In this document: positions 39,186 through 52,530 of the stretch, one piece after another | How the letters are laid out: each line of letters starts with the position of its first letter | Numbering within the stretch: position 1 is the stretch's first letter | Source: Octopus bimaculoides | Taxonomy: Eukaryota | DNA: 64,000 nucleotides | NCBI RefSeq assembly: GCF_001194135.2 | Contig: NC_068982.1 | Span: forward strand, 131,475,982-131,539,981 | Direction: 5' to 3' | Notes under the pieces: model-generated | The model's input: only the letters and a program-made list of their open reading frames with translations | Database searches by the model: none | What the model was told of the DNA's origin: nothing | Made by a program: the position numbers and the translations under genes

Positions 39186-39499
39186 GTATATATACAAATG
39201 CATACATATTAGCATAAATGCATACATGTATAGATACATACATATGTATATATGTGTGTGTGCGTGCACGCATGTATATATAATCTGTGTGAGTATGAGT
39301 GTCTCTGTGTGTAAGTATATCTATTTGCATATACACCGTTGCTTCAGAATGTGTCTGTGCGTGAGTGTGTCTGTGTGCAGAACAGCAAGCGTCTCAGTAG
39401 CAACAATCGAAATTAAATCCGCTGTTCTATTAAACTGGCAAACAATTCTGTTCGTAAATTGGTTGGAATAGAAAAATCTCGTCAATAACTAAAAAATAA

Positions 39500-39718
39500 T
39501 CGTTTCAAACTTTGACACAAGATCAGCAGCTTTAGAGAGGAGGGATAAATCGATTGCATCGACCTCAGTAGTTGACTGGTATTTATTTTATCGACCGCAA
39601 AAGGTTGAAAGGTAACGTCGACCATAACGGAATTTGAACTCCAAAACGGAAAAAAATGAACGAAATCCCGTTAAGCATTTTGACCGGCACGGTAACGATC
39701 CTGTCAGCTCACTACCTT
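39500..39718 (-). mobile_element. SINE-B full copy
   Basis: Aligns with the adjacent 39830-40043; head abuts (TAA)n. Confidence 0.88.
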
Positions 39719-39770
39719 AATAATAATAGTAATAGAAATAATAATAATACTAATACTACTAATAATAATG

Positions 39771-39829
<59 letters not shown>

Positions 39830-40042
39830 CCTCTCTACTCTAGGCACAAGACCTGAAATTTTGGGGGAGGGGACTAGTCGATTATATCGACTCCAGTATT
39901 CAGCTGGTACTTAATTCATCGACCCCGAAAGGATGAAAGGCAAAGTCGACCTCAGCGGAATTTGAACTCAGAACGTAAAGACGGACGAAATGCCGCTAAG
40001 CATTTTGCCCGACGTGCTAACGATTCTGCTAGCTCACTGCCT

Positions 40043-40043
<1 letters not shown>
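39830..40043 (-). mobile_element. SINE-B full copy embedded in (TAA)n on both sides
   Basis: Minus-strand head ggcagtgagctagcagaatcgttagcacg, B-box gagttcaaattcc, tail cttgtgcctagagtagagagg. Confidence 0.92.
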
Positions 40044-40137
<94 letters not shown>

Positions 40138-41325
40138 CGAGCAGGAGAATTCACTGTATTAATTGCTGTTTCCAGGTTTCTTGTTTTATTCATTTAATAC
40201 AACCCCACTTAAGTTGCGAGCATAAGAACTTGTTTTATTTATCTCTCATTTTAAATTATTGAAGAACAGAACTTTAAGAAAAAGAAATATAAGATTTCTT
40301 CGAGTCTGTGGGGGGAAAAAAAAACCTCAGGAAAATATCTCCTCTTACATCGGATTGCTTGTATGAGAATGAGCTCTACTAGTACTACTCATAAAAGGCC
40401 AGCCAATAAAGACCACATCTTTTTGTTGTTACCTGAAATTTGATAAATATCTGTTATCTAGGCAAATTCAATATTGACTCTATTCACACCCGATTGTGCG
40501 TATGTGTGTGCTAAGGTACTTGTATGTGCATGCGTGTAAATATGCTTTTGTACATGCATGTCATGTGTGCATGCATGTGTATATGCCTGTGTGTTTTGTA
40601 TGTTACATGATAGAATGCCTGTGTCATGTGTATGTATGTATGTGTGTGATTGTGTGACTGTGTGTGTGTGTGTGTGTGCGTGTGTGTATGTGTGTATGTG
40701 TGTGACTTAATACGATCCTATTCAGTTCTCTATCTAACAGCCTAAAGAGAGGAAGCTGGCGACCGCGAGATTTTACTGGGACACATACACAACTACATCG
40801 ACCTAATTCCATTGAAGAAAAATCGATTATAACGAAGACAGCGCTGTCACCTGACTGACAACACACAGACACAAATACACAAAAGTTTCCACTCTCTTCT
40901 CACGCTGTATATCTTGGAACCTTCTCTTTTCGCTTGCTGTTGCACTTCTTTCTTTTAAACTAATACTCACTTCCATTTTTTTTCTTTTCTTTTTCTCGTA
41001 AACTGTGCATAATATTTCCTCAACAGTTAACAAGATGTCTCCTCTCATCCTTGCAATCACCATTTCTCTTACTCTCTGTCATGTCCATTTGAACCCACAC
41101 GCATCAAAGTCCATCTAAACACTCTCCATACCTCTCTCTCTCTTTCTCTTTCTCTCTTACAAAAATGCACACACACATGCACACACACATAGACTCACGC
41201 ACACTGGTTGCATCGTTGTTGGTTTTCACCTTCTCCCTACAGCTTTGGCAGGAACGGAACATACATAGCATGTAATGTTATTGGTTATAATTACTATCTT
41301 GTTTTAACCGAGAACAAGACCAATG

Positions 41326-41437
<112 letters not shown>

Positions 41438-41684
41438 GAGAAGTAGAAGCGTGTTTGCTTAACATTTGTGTGTTTGTGATTCGGAGAAAATTTCTACAAC
41501 TGGTAAACGAAACTAAATCGCGGATTCGACTCGCAGAGTTTAGTTCAGAACTACAGCGTCGTGTATTACAGTAATAGGAACAGCATTTATAGCACTAGCA
41601 GCAAAGTATTAGGGTATCTGAATGCAGAATATCAGGGTATCTTTGACTTCAGTTATGATTTTCTTTCTATCAATCAATCAATCA

Positions 41685-41752
<68 letters not shown>

Positions 41753-42131
41753 GTTTGTCTGTCTGTCTTATGAGGGATAAAAACGTTTAAATCGTGTCAC
41801 AATATTTGAATCAGATTCTATTCCACAAACAATCTACTTTCAGCTTCCCTATTCAGTGGAAGCAAAATCCTAATACAAAAATAAATATACAACATACACA
41901 TTTAGCTCAGACGGCGTTCTTGTTCTTTTTGAAATATTGAGAATTCTAAGCAGTGAGAATGTATATATTTTAAGTTTCGGTTTGAAATGCTTTTAGTAAA
42001 GACATGAACGTCACAAAATTCAGTTTGGTCTTATTAATAAATGACATAGTCATATGCTTCTGTAAGATATGATGTATAATTTATTTCTTAAAAGCTCATC
42101 GATAATATACATACATACAAATATATATGTG

Positions 42132-42162
<31 letters not shown>

Positions 42163-42224
42163 GTGTATGTATATATGCATGTATGTATGTATGTATGTAT
42201 GTATGTGTGTGTATGTGTGTATAT

Positions 42225-42274
<50 letters not shown>

Positions 42275-43474
42275 GTATGTATGTATATATGTTTTTGGAT
42301 ATATGCAAGTAAATTGGTTTTCTAATATTGTTATGGACAAACGGTATATGCAATCTTTTTGAATTTGTCCTAAAAAGTAACATACTTCCCGTGCACTAAA
42401 ATTTTGCATCATACCATACGAAGTTTTTATTACTTATGCAAAGAAAAAAAGATGTCTTGCCCTTCTGGATCATAATACCAACCTCCTGTCTATACTTACT
42501 ATTTTTCTGTTGAGCGAATTGGCCAGTTAGAATGGACGCTAATGTGCGAGTTTTGTGTAGTTATATTTTCTGTTGATCCTTTGTAATAAGTTTCTCTTCT
42601 CTGATCATGGCTGACGCATGAGACAACAGGAGAGAGCATATTTACGAGAAAATACAGTGGTGTAACTATAGCAACCTTCTTTTGCATTGCCCTCTACAGT
42701 AGCCTTAATGGTACATTTCCTGACATAGGGGATGAATAACAAGCCGAATTAGTGCTAAGGTTAACATACTTCTAGGCCTTGTTTTGTTCATCTCTTCAAA
42801 ATAAAATCCTTTACGGTATTCTAAAGGAAGTACGTTGGTTCTCTGACTTCTCAACAACCCCAATTTCTTAGTCGCTGGTGATTTGTGCATTTGTGGGTAA
42901 CGATTCTTCTAGAAGCTCCTAGTGACACAAACATCTAAGCAAATGACACGCTTACAGGTTTTAGTAGTAAAATCTACAATATCAGGAATGGTTCTATGTA
43001 ATCTAAGGATTTCGGGCATCAAATTTCGTGAATCATCAATGTGACTGACGAAAACATGGCGGAGTCGAGATTAGAATTTCTTCTCTAACTCCTTTTCATC
43101 AAAAGATAAGCAAGAGTTAGAATTACATTTAGTAATCCAGCCTGCTGAAAAAAAACAGAATATTTCACTTGAAGTTGTACTTCACGTAAAACATTGAGTG
43201 CTTATTTTTTTCGTATATTGGGATGTCTTGCGTAAGATGTAACCTTGGCCTTCGCAGAGCCCCTGAGAACGGTGAAGTCAATGCTGAAGGCTGCGAAAAA
43301 TACATGTGTAGAGTGGGAATTTCAGGCAACTGATGATGTATGTATGTATGTATGTATGTATGTATGACATTGTTCAATTCTATTTCAACATTTCTTGCCA
43401 ATAGAGAAAGAGCCGGTTTCTAACCTAGATTCAAGGCTCCTTCATTGGAATTTCAACATCAACAACAGGGTATG

Positions 43475-43633
43475 TATACGACGGGATTCTTTTAGTTTCC
43501 GTCTACCAAATCCACTCACAAGGCTTTGGTCGGCCCGAGGCTATAGTAGAAGACACTTGCCCAAGGTACCACGCAGTGGGACTGAACCCGGAACCATGTG
43601 GTTGGTAAGCAAGCTACTTACCACACAGCCACT
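43475..43633 (-). mobile_element. SINE-A 5' half, well preserved
   Basis: acgacgggattcttttagtttccgtctaccaaatccactcacaaggctttggtcggcccgaggctatagtagaagacacttgcccaagg...accacacagccac. Confidence 0.92.
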
Positions 43634-44031
43634 ATATATATACATGGGTGTGCATGATTGTGTGTGTGTATATATATANNNNNNNNNNNNNNNNNNNNNN
43701 NNNNNNNNNNNNNNNNNNNNNNNNNNNNNNNNNNNNNNNNNNNNNNNNNNNNNNNNNNNNNNNNNNNNNNNNNNNNNNNNNNNNNNNNNNNNNNNNNNNN
43801 NNNNNNNNNNNNNNNNNNNNNNNNNNNNNNNNNNNNNNNNNNNNNNNNNNNNNNNNNNNNNNNNNNNNNNNNNNNNNNNNNNNNNNNNNNNNNNNNNNNN
43901 NNNNNNNNNNNNNNNNNNNNNNNNNNNNNNNNNNNNNNNNNNNNNNNNNNNNNNNNNNNNNNNNNNNNNNNNNNNNNNNNNNNNNNNNNNNNNNNNNNNN
44001 NNNNNNNNNNNNNNNNNNNNNNNNNNNNNNN

Positions 44032-44103
<72 letters not shown>

Positions 44104-44149
44104 AAGTAATAGAGATTAATAAATTCAGGCAGATATTTTGTAGGCATTC

Positions 44150-45205
44150 AGTGGTTAAGCGAACTTGGCTAACATCCACGGTAATTCCACCGGTGTGAGA
44201 AGTAAATCCAAAGATCACTTAGAAGAATTTCAAGAAATTCAGAATATATTTTAACAACATCAACAAGAATGTAGAATATCATATGTTCCTCTGCTTTGAT
44301 CCGGAAGACAATGATGGATTTGGAGGGGACTGGGAACCGAACCTTTGTGAACGCCTTCTTGCACTCTGAATTCGCATTGTACTCATGGTTAACTCTCACC
44401 TTAATGACATCACTCCTATACATAGCTTGTACAGAATGTACAAGTCATTCGTCTATCCTTAGCTTCCTCAGAGACGACCGTGCCACAAAGATGACCATAC
44501 CACAGACGGGCTTTGTCGAAGTCTTTTTCCTGATCAACGAGTGTCAAATACGTTGGCATATTCTTAGCTAAAGGCTTCTGCTGTTGTCTCACCAGAAAGT
44601 GGTATCAACAGTATTTCTTTCTGGCACAAAACCAAACCGCAGCTCATGTACTTTAATTTTGTTCCTAATCGATTGGACTAGAACACTCTGTAACTTTCAT
44701 GACCTGATCCATAAGTTTGACAGCTCTGTAATTTTTTCCATCTAAGGCGTCTCCTTGTACCCGCTAACTACAATGCTGCTACACCAGTCATTGAGGATAA
44801 CTTCTTCCTGTTCAACTTGATTAACTGTACGGATAGCTAAACTGTAACCTACTCCGCCAGACATGTTAAGCATCTCAGCAGGGATTTCTGATGGAGCAAA
44901 GGGTTTCGGTCTTCATATCCTTAATCGTCTTATCTATCATACTACTGTCAACTCTGATAGCTGGTTCTTCTGCACGTTTAATAATCTTTTATAGTAGCAC
45001 TTCCATGATTATTGCTCTACAGGGTCACTAAGTGCCAGCATATCGGTATCAATCCATATACACATCTCTCCCACATCTTGATTCTCTATTATACATGGTC
45101 TATCTATCCAGAGCACTTTTCGTATCTAATCCTCTCATTGTAAAGCATTGATGAATCTCTTCCTTTCTGTTTTGGCCCTTGTTAAATAGCCCTGTCGCCT
45201 AGCTT
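44150..45205 (-). mobile_element. Old degraded RTE LINE reverse-transcriptase region
   Basis: EPAIRVDSSMIDKTIKDMKT, GDALDGKNYRAVKLMDQVMKVTE, ELRFGFVPERNTVD, LVHSVQAMYRSDVIKVRVNHEY, FRVQEGVHKGSVPSP; frameshifted. Confidence 0.85.
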
Positions 45206-45208
45206 CTT

Positions 45209-45700
45209 TTATTATTATTATACTTGTCAGAGCTCTCGGTCTTACTTGCTCTGGTTGATTCTATGAGAGAGGACAACAACCTGTTGTCAGAGGTCTCACA
45301 TTGTCTCCGGATATTAAAAGCTTTGTTACTTGGATGTTAAGACACTCAAAACCCACTCACAGAACCCTAGCTGCCTCCAATAGAGCAGTTTTTTTAACTT
45401 GCTCTGCCCTCATGGCACTTCCAGTTTCTCCTACATGTTTCTTGTACCTGGTTGTTAGTGCCCCGAGTGCCCCTACAGCTACTGGAGTAATAGTTACTCT
45501 CCTCATTGCCAACATTCTTGCAATTTCATCTTTTAATACTCTATATTTCTCCATCTTTTCCTCCTCTGATATGGCAATATCTATGATCTTGATTTTCTTT
45601 TTTATTTTATCTACAACAACAATGTCTGGTTTCCGAGCATCGATTAAGGAGTCATGCTGAATTGTAAAATCCCACAGGATCTTATATTCATTACAGTAGT
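45209..45700 (-). mobile_element. R4/Dong-like non-LTR retrotransposon 3' end with restriction-like endonuclease and (TAA)n tail
   Basis: KILWDFTIQHDSLIDARKPDIVVVDKIKKKIKIIDIAISEEEKMEKYRVLKDEIARM...VTITPVAVGALGA (PD-D/ExK-type RLE); the 3' UTR ends in taataataat. Confidence 0.85.
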
Positions 45701-46563
45701 TGAGCAGCGATTTATCACATAATATATGACATATGAACTCAGAAATTGATTTGTCTTAGTTGACCAGCTCACTGTGTCCAATCTCATTTCGCTTCAAGGC
45801 AAAAATGACAAAAGACACGCGTGTTCGCACCAATTGTCTCCGATCATTTTAGATCATGGACACGAGAATTAGGGAATCCACTTAGTTGACCGCTAAAAGA
45901 ATACATTATTATCATTATTCATTACTACCTCTATGATGAGGTATGTATGTTGAGATGGTATTTGCATGCAACATTTGTTAATCAAATGGAGTTATTAACT
46001 GGTACATTTATACACACATACGCACGTACATACATACATACAGAATACATACATACACACATACATACATACATACATATTCATTATATATTGTCCAGCA
46101 ATGTTCCAGACTGTATGTAAATTAACAATTCCATCTTACTAACCAACTCCATCTTACTAATCAATGTTTCAAGCAAATGTCAGCCCCATTGACAATTGAA
46201 GCAAAAATTGTTTTTACCGGATGTTAGTGTTGATATTTTCCAAGATGCATGTTCAATATGCTGGTGTGTTTTGCCTCCTTTTTGCCTGTTGTTTTTGTGT
46301 TATTTATTTATGAGAAAATAGGAAATCCTTACCGTAAATATGAATCTTATCTTAAGTTCCATCAAACATAAGATTTGTGATGTATATATTTTCGAATATG
46401 CACTTACGTACACACATACATAAATATATTTGCATGTATACATACATATATATGCATATAAATGTGTATATGTATGTGAGTATGTGTATACCTACCTACA
46501 TACATTCATCCATACACACACATACATACATACATACATACATACGTACATACATACACACAT

Positions 46564-46689
<126 letters not shown>

Positions 46690-48183
46690 GTGTGTGTCTG
46701 CTTGTGTTTGTATGTAGTGTGTATATATATGTAGTTATGTGTAGGCACGTGTACGGACATTTAAATATAGTTGTAAATTAGTTTCGATTGTCTATATTTG
46801 GATATTTAACTATGGAAGATGAGGACACCAATCGGTATAGGTCCTCCTAAATTGCAAATTATAGAGTTCTAAGCAACATAGTTTCCTGCTATAACCCCAA
46901 ACCACATTTTCAATATTTTCCTGGAACTTGTAATGAAAGAACTGACAGATTTAGATAGACTGTCTGGCAGCTGCTGATACAATCTCCTCAGATAATATAC
47001 ATACTGAAAACACAACCTTAATATCTACGAACTTTGACAAATTGAAAATATCCACTAAAGATTTAGAAGACGAAACATATAAAAATTTGGGCATGAAAAA
47101 AATATTGCAAAATGAAAGATCATTTTAATCTGAGAGCACGAAGTACTGTTCTATCTGCGAATACTGATTGCATAGTAGAACACGTCACAAAGTTTGTGTT
47201 CTTGGGAGTATACCAATTTTCCGGCATACAAATCAACGTCAAAATAGAAGTGTAAGCATATAGTGTAAACATTCAAACATCGTCATTATCTCTCCCAATC
47301 CTGCTGCATTTCTCATGGAATTTTCGGTCCCCCAAAGTCGTCTTGCTGTATAAGTGGAGCTACCGTTTTTGTCGCCGTAAAACTTGGTCTGAAGCATTCG
47401 CATTGTATGTCGAAAAATTCTGTGACAACAAGTGAACCAGAAGAAATGAAAAGACAAGTGTCCGCAGTAATTGCAGCGTTAACAAGGAACTGAAAACTCG
47501 TGAAATGGAACATGTGAATATCAGTCAGCGGCGCAAAATTGGACCGCGCAACGCCCTTACTTCTCAATCGCAAACTACATATTGGAAAAGTGAAACCGAA
47601 AATATGAAGACACACGGGGAAGAAGCTTCTTTTTTAAAATGTAGTGCTTAAGGCCAATACTATACCACACGGCCTATACTATACCATACAGTCTATAGAA
47701 AAAACTTCGATACGAAAATCTCGTGATATGAAATACACCATACCTAAGTAATAATAAAGAAGTGATAAATGGTTCGGACATGTAATACGTCAACCAGTGA
47801 CTAAAGTGATGGTATTCTGTCAAGACTTTCCAAACTCCAGTTCACAGGGTAGATCATATAATAGCAAGATCTCGTAGATCTGTGAAAGAAGCAGAGTAAT
47901 GGCCGGCAACAGCGAAGCGTAGAACATCCGACTAAAGCGGGTGGGTCTAGTTGACAGAAAGAGTAATGGTCTGTAGGGAACAGAGTAAAGAAGACTTGGA
48001 AGAAGAGCGGAGTTATTTCACACACACACACACACACGCGCGCGTAAACATATATGTGTATAATTATTTGTATATATAATCATGGATGCTCACATACAGA
48101 CATATATACGCACATGCATATAAACATGAAGAATTTCTGTGTGTCAGTGTGTCACACTTTGCCCCTCCCTCTCACTATTCAGT

Positions 48184-48297
48184 GTAAGTCTAGTACTTAT
48201 TCTATCGAATTCTTTTGCCGACTCGCTAAGTTAGGAGGACGTAAACACACCAGCATCGGTTGTCAATCGATGGCTGGGGACAAACACAGACACACAA

Positions 48298-48395
<98 letters not shown>

Positions 48396-48551
48396 TTATA
48401 CGATGGACTTCTTTCAGTTTCCGTCTACCAAATCCACTCACAAGGCTTTGGTCGGCCCGACGCTGTAGTAGAATAAGGTGCCATGCAGTGGGACTCAACT
48501 CGGAACCATGTAGTTGGGAAGCAAGCTCCTTACCACACAGCTACCCCCGCG
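48184..48551 (-). mobile_element. SINE-A near-full copy with long internal (CA)n
   Basis: Both halves present; aligns with 27911-28293. Confidence 0.9.
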
Positions 48552-49693
48552 AAACACACACACACACATATAAATGTGCAAAGCTGTATATCTGTGTGTA
48601 AACAGACTCAATTTCATTTTTCAGAGCATTTTTTAATTCCTCAGTAGTTCACTTTTCTGGACTTTGCTTAAAACATTAAAAAAGCATTATCATTATTCAA
48701 TTAAGGAGAGTGAGCTAACAGTTTGATATGCGTTATGCACTTCCTTGGTAAGAAACCATGTACTCAACCTGTATACTTACGACATATGCCAACGCACAAC
48801 CTCACTAATTCACACTCACATATGTACACACGCGCATCTATGTGCATATGTATGTGTTGCGTGTGCGTGTATTGTATGTGTGTTTGTTTGTGTGTGTGTG
48901 TGTGTGCACTTGAGATTTTTTTATTTTGCTATTAAACTAAGATTGGTAAATTTTATCAGGTGTGAAGAACTATACAAGAGTCTTTAAATGCATCAGTCTA
49001 CATGACGATGCTTATGTGTAAGTATGAATGCGTGTACGTAACTGTGTGATTGTATTACATTCTCACCCTAGCTCAAATTCTACCACTTTGCCTCTAACCT
49101 TTACTTTTCTCTTCTCAACACAATATTTTGTTTTTTGTCTATTATCGTAAATGTATTCCTATTTGTGGTTGCTTGATATATTATACCTAATTCTTTTCCT
49201 ATCTCACAACTATAATTTAACCTGTCAGTTTATCTGAAAATCTTTCTGTGGTTGTTTGAAGATTATATAAATACCTTGATACCCTACTATCTAGCTTCAT
49301 GACCCTTTTTCCTTCACCTCAGTTCCTTAACTTCTCACCCTTTCACACCGTTCCTCTTACTTTGCACCCCCGCCTTCTCAACCAAATCTACACCTCGCCT
49401 TCATTCATTTCTTCATTTTCTCATTTCTGATGAAAGGCTTAAAAACGATAAAAGGGCTATTTTCTACACTCCTTAGAAAAAATAAGCTTTATAATTCCCG
49501 AAATTTTATTTTCGCTGACACAAATCAACACCATTTTCCACTGATTTCTGATTTTATCGTGTTGTAATACTATATTTTTAGACCTTCATAACGAAGCGAT
49601 TTTTTCTCATCGATATTGGAATATTTTAAACAACCTGTGGTTAAAATACTGGTTGAGCAGAGAACTAGTCGTTAAAATTTTAACAGCTCATCA

Positions 49694-49740
<47 letters not shown>

Positions 49741-49750
49741 NNNNNNNNNN

Positions 49751-49789
<39 letters not shown>

Positions 49790-50355
49790 GTCACTCTCTC
49801 ACATATACACACACGCGAGCGCGCACGCACACACACACGCGCACAAGTTCACACACACTCTCTCTCTCAGACACACATCACACGAACAGAGGCATAACAA
49901 TGCAGATTAGTTTTAGCTATATGAAATGTGTCTGAACATCCTCGGAAATAATGAAGTTGAATAAATAATATATTCTTCATATATTCATTCATACGTATAT
50001 AATATTCAAATAATGATGATTAGACTAAAGTTTAATTAACCAAATACATCTAGGATAAACATAAATATGTAAAGCCGGAACAGATTTTATTTTCATATAT
50101 TTTAAACAACTAACTTGTTTGAGATTATAAAGAAACCTATCTCATAATATAATAGAAGATATCTTTTTATATTGATTCAATAATGATATAATGATATAAC
50201 AACATGGCCGTTGGTCAGCTGTTATCTGTCTATTTGTCTATCTGTCACCGTAGTTCGTTTTATCAAGCAGTTCTTAATTTTGATTCATAGTCTGTTATTT
50301 TCTCCTTTTATTTCCCTTGTCTACTTATTATTACTGTCTGTCTGTCTGCTTATCA

Positions 50356-50405
<50 letters not shown>

Positions 50406-50482
50406 ATATCTATCTATGCACTCGCATGCAAACACACATACATAATTATAATATAATATATGTATATATGTATATATATGTA

Positions 50483-50513
<31 letters not shown>

Positions 50514-51142
50514 ATACATATATATGTAATATGTATATATATATATAATATATATATGTATATATATATACATATATACATTATATACATGCACATAATA
50601 TGTATACATGCTAATAATGTGTACACGTACACATAATGTTATTTTTATGTTAAATTATTCATAAAAACAATTTGGCATTAAACTGAAGCTTTACTCAATA
50701 CTTTTTAGTACAATATGTATTTATTATTTTTTTACAGAGAAAAGGCTAATAGTGGCTTCGAAGTGTTGACTTACACGCCATCATAAAACCATACACGCAC
50801 ACACAAACACATACATATGCACACAGACACATTCTTTTTAAAGCATTATTTTAAAGTTAGACCAAAGGTCGAGGGTTAGCAGAATGGTCGAACTTCGACT
50901 AAACACTATGCGGCTTTCAGTTTTCTTTCAAATTTCAAGTTCGTATTTACGCATCCTACCAGAGTTGACAACGTAATTACAAGCCATGTACTCGAGTATA
51001 TTCAATCATCCATGGACGAATGGGTCCCTGCAGAATTGTAGTTTGAACTATAAATACACATTAGCATTACATTTAATTTACTCTGTCAGAAACTGTTCTT
51101 GCTTAGTATGAATGTGCGTGCGCATGCCCGTTCTGTGTGTGT

Positions 51143-51200
<58 letters not shown>

Positions 51201-51570
51201 ATATATATATATATATATATATACGTATGCATGCATGTATGTATACACAAAGATGTATATAAACACACACATGAGCGCGTGTATATATATTTACTCTTTT
51301 CTTCATTTGTACAAATCTCGGTATTTACTTTACCTGTTTCTTTCTCTCTCTTCATTACTTTCTCTTTCACTATCACTTTCACTACTGTGATACTGCGATA
51401 CCTATCATCTCACTATGCGATTATCTCCGACGAACTATATATAAATATATATATATATGGTACAAAATATATACCAAACACAATGACAGGTGAAAGAACA
51501 AGGGGCGTTGTATTATACACACACACACACACACACATATGTATGCATGTATGTATGCATAAAGATAGAT

Positions 51571-51614
<44 letters not shown>

Positions 51615-51789
51615 GAGAATGTGAGTGAGAGAGAGGCAGATGGACCGACAGAGAAGAAACATAAAATAAAAACAAACATTTAAAACAAACAATGAAACAA
51701 ACGAGTTACCATGTAAACAAACAACCTCGGCTGTGAAAGATCCTTGCACATTTTTTAACATCCTCATTATCGTTATTACTATTATTATA

Positions 51790-51840
<51 letters not shown>

Positions 51841-52115
51841 GTTGTTGTTGTTGTTCTTGTTGTTGTTGTTATACTGAGAAAAGAATTGGAATTCGGTGGC
51901 GTAACTTGTGATCGATAGCTGATTATCTGGCAGGCTACAGAGAAACTCACATAATATATTACTTACAATCAGTGAACTGGTAGCAATGCAACTACCGCTT
52001 CTGTTGCCAATGCCTATTGCATCGATTGCAATCAACGTAGCAGTAGGGATACAGAGCAAATATTATTAATATTATTAATCGCTATCGTCTTCGTCATTAT
52101 CATTATCACCTTCAC

Positions 52116-52149
<34 letters not shown>

Positions 52150-52468
52150 GTTATTATTATCATCGTCATCATTGTTGTTGATGTTGTTTGTTGCTGGTGT
52201 TGTTCGCTGTGAACTGTCACGTGTACAATATATTTTCTTCTAGGTTTACTATGTAAAAAAAAAAAAAGTATTAAAGTTATTATTTTCTTTCAGCTACTTA
52301 AAGGCCTTCGGAATATTTAAATGTTTAGTCTAGCACATGATAAAGGGAGAAAGTTTGTCTTGAGACGCTTTAAACAGTTTTATACATTTTTGACAAGTAG
52401 CCATTTGCAATACCTACACGCGTTGCAAGATGGCCGCGTGAGAAGTAGCAGGAAGAGGTGCTCGCTGC

Positions 52469-52530
<62 letters not shown>

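Noticed and set aside
43051-43332. YY1-like AACATGGCGG and a 36-aa Cys-containing ORF
   Set aside because: Isolated short motif and tiny ORF, expected by chance in 64 kb.
47240-47620. Possible Tc1/mariner HTH remnant
   Set aside because: Motif similarity too weak and no TIR found.
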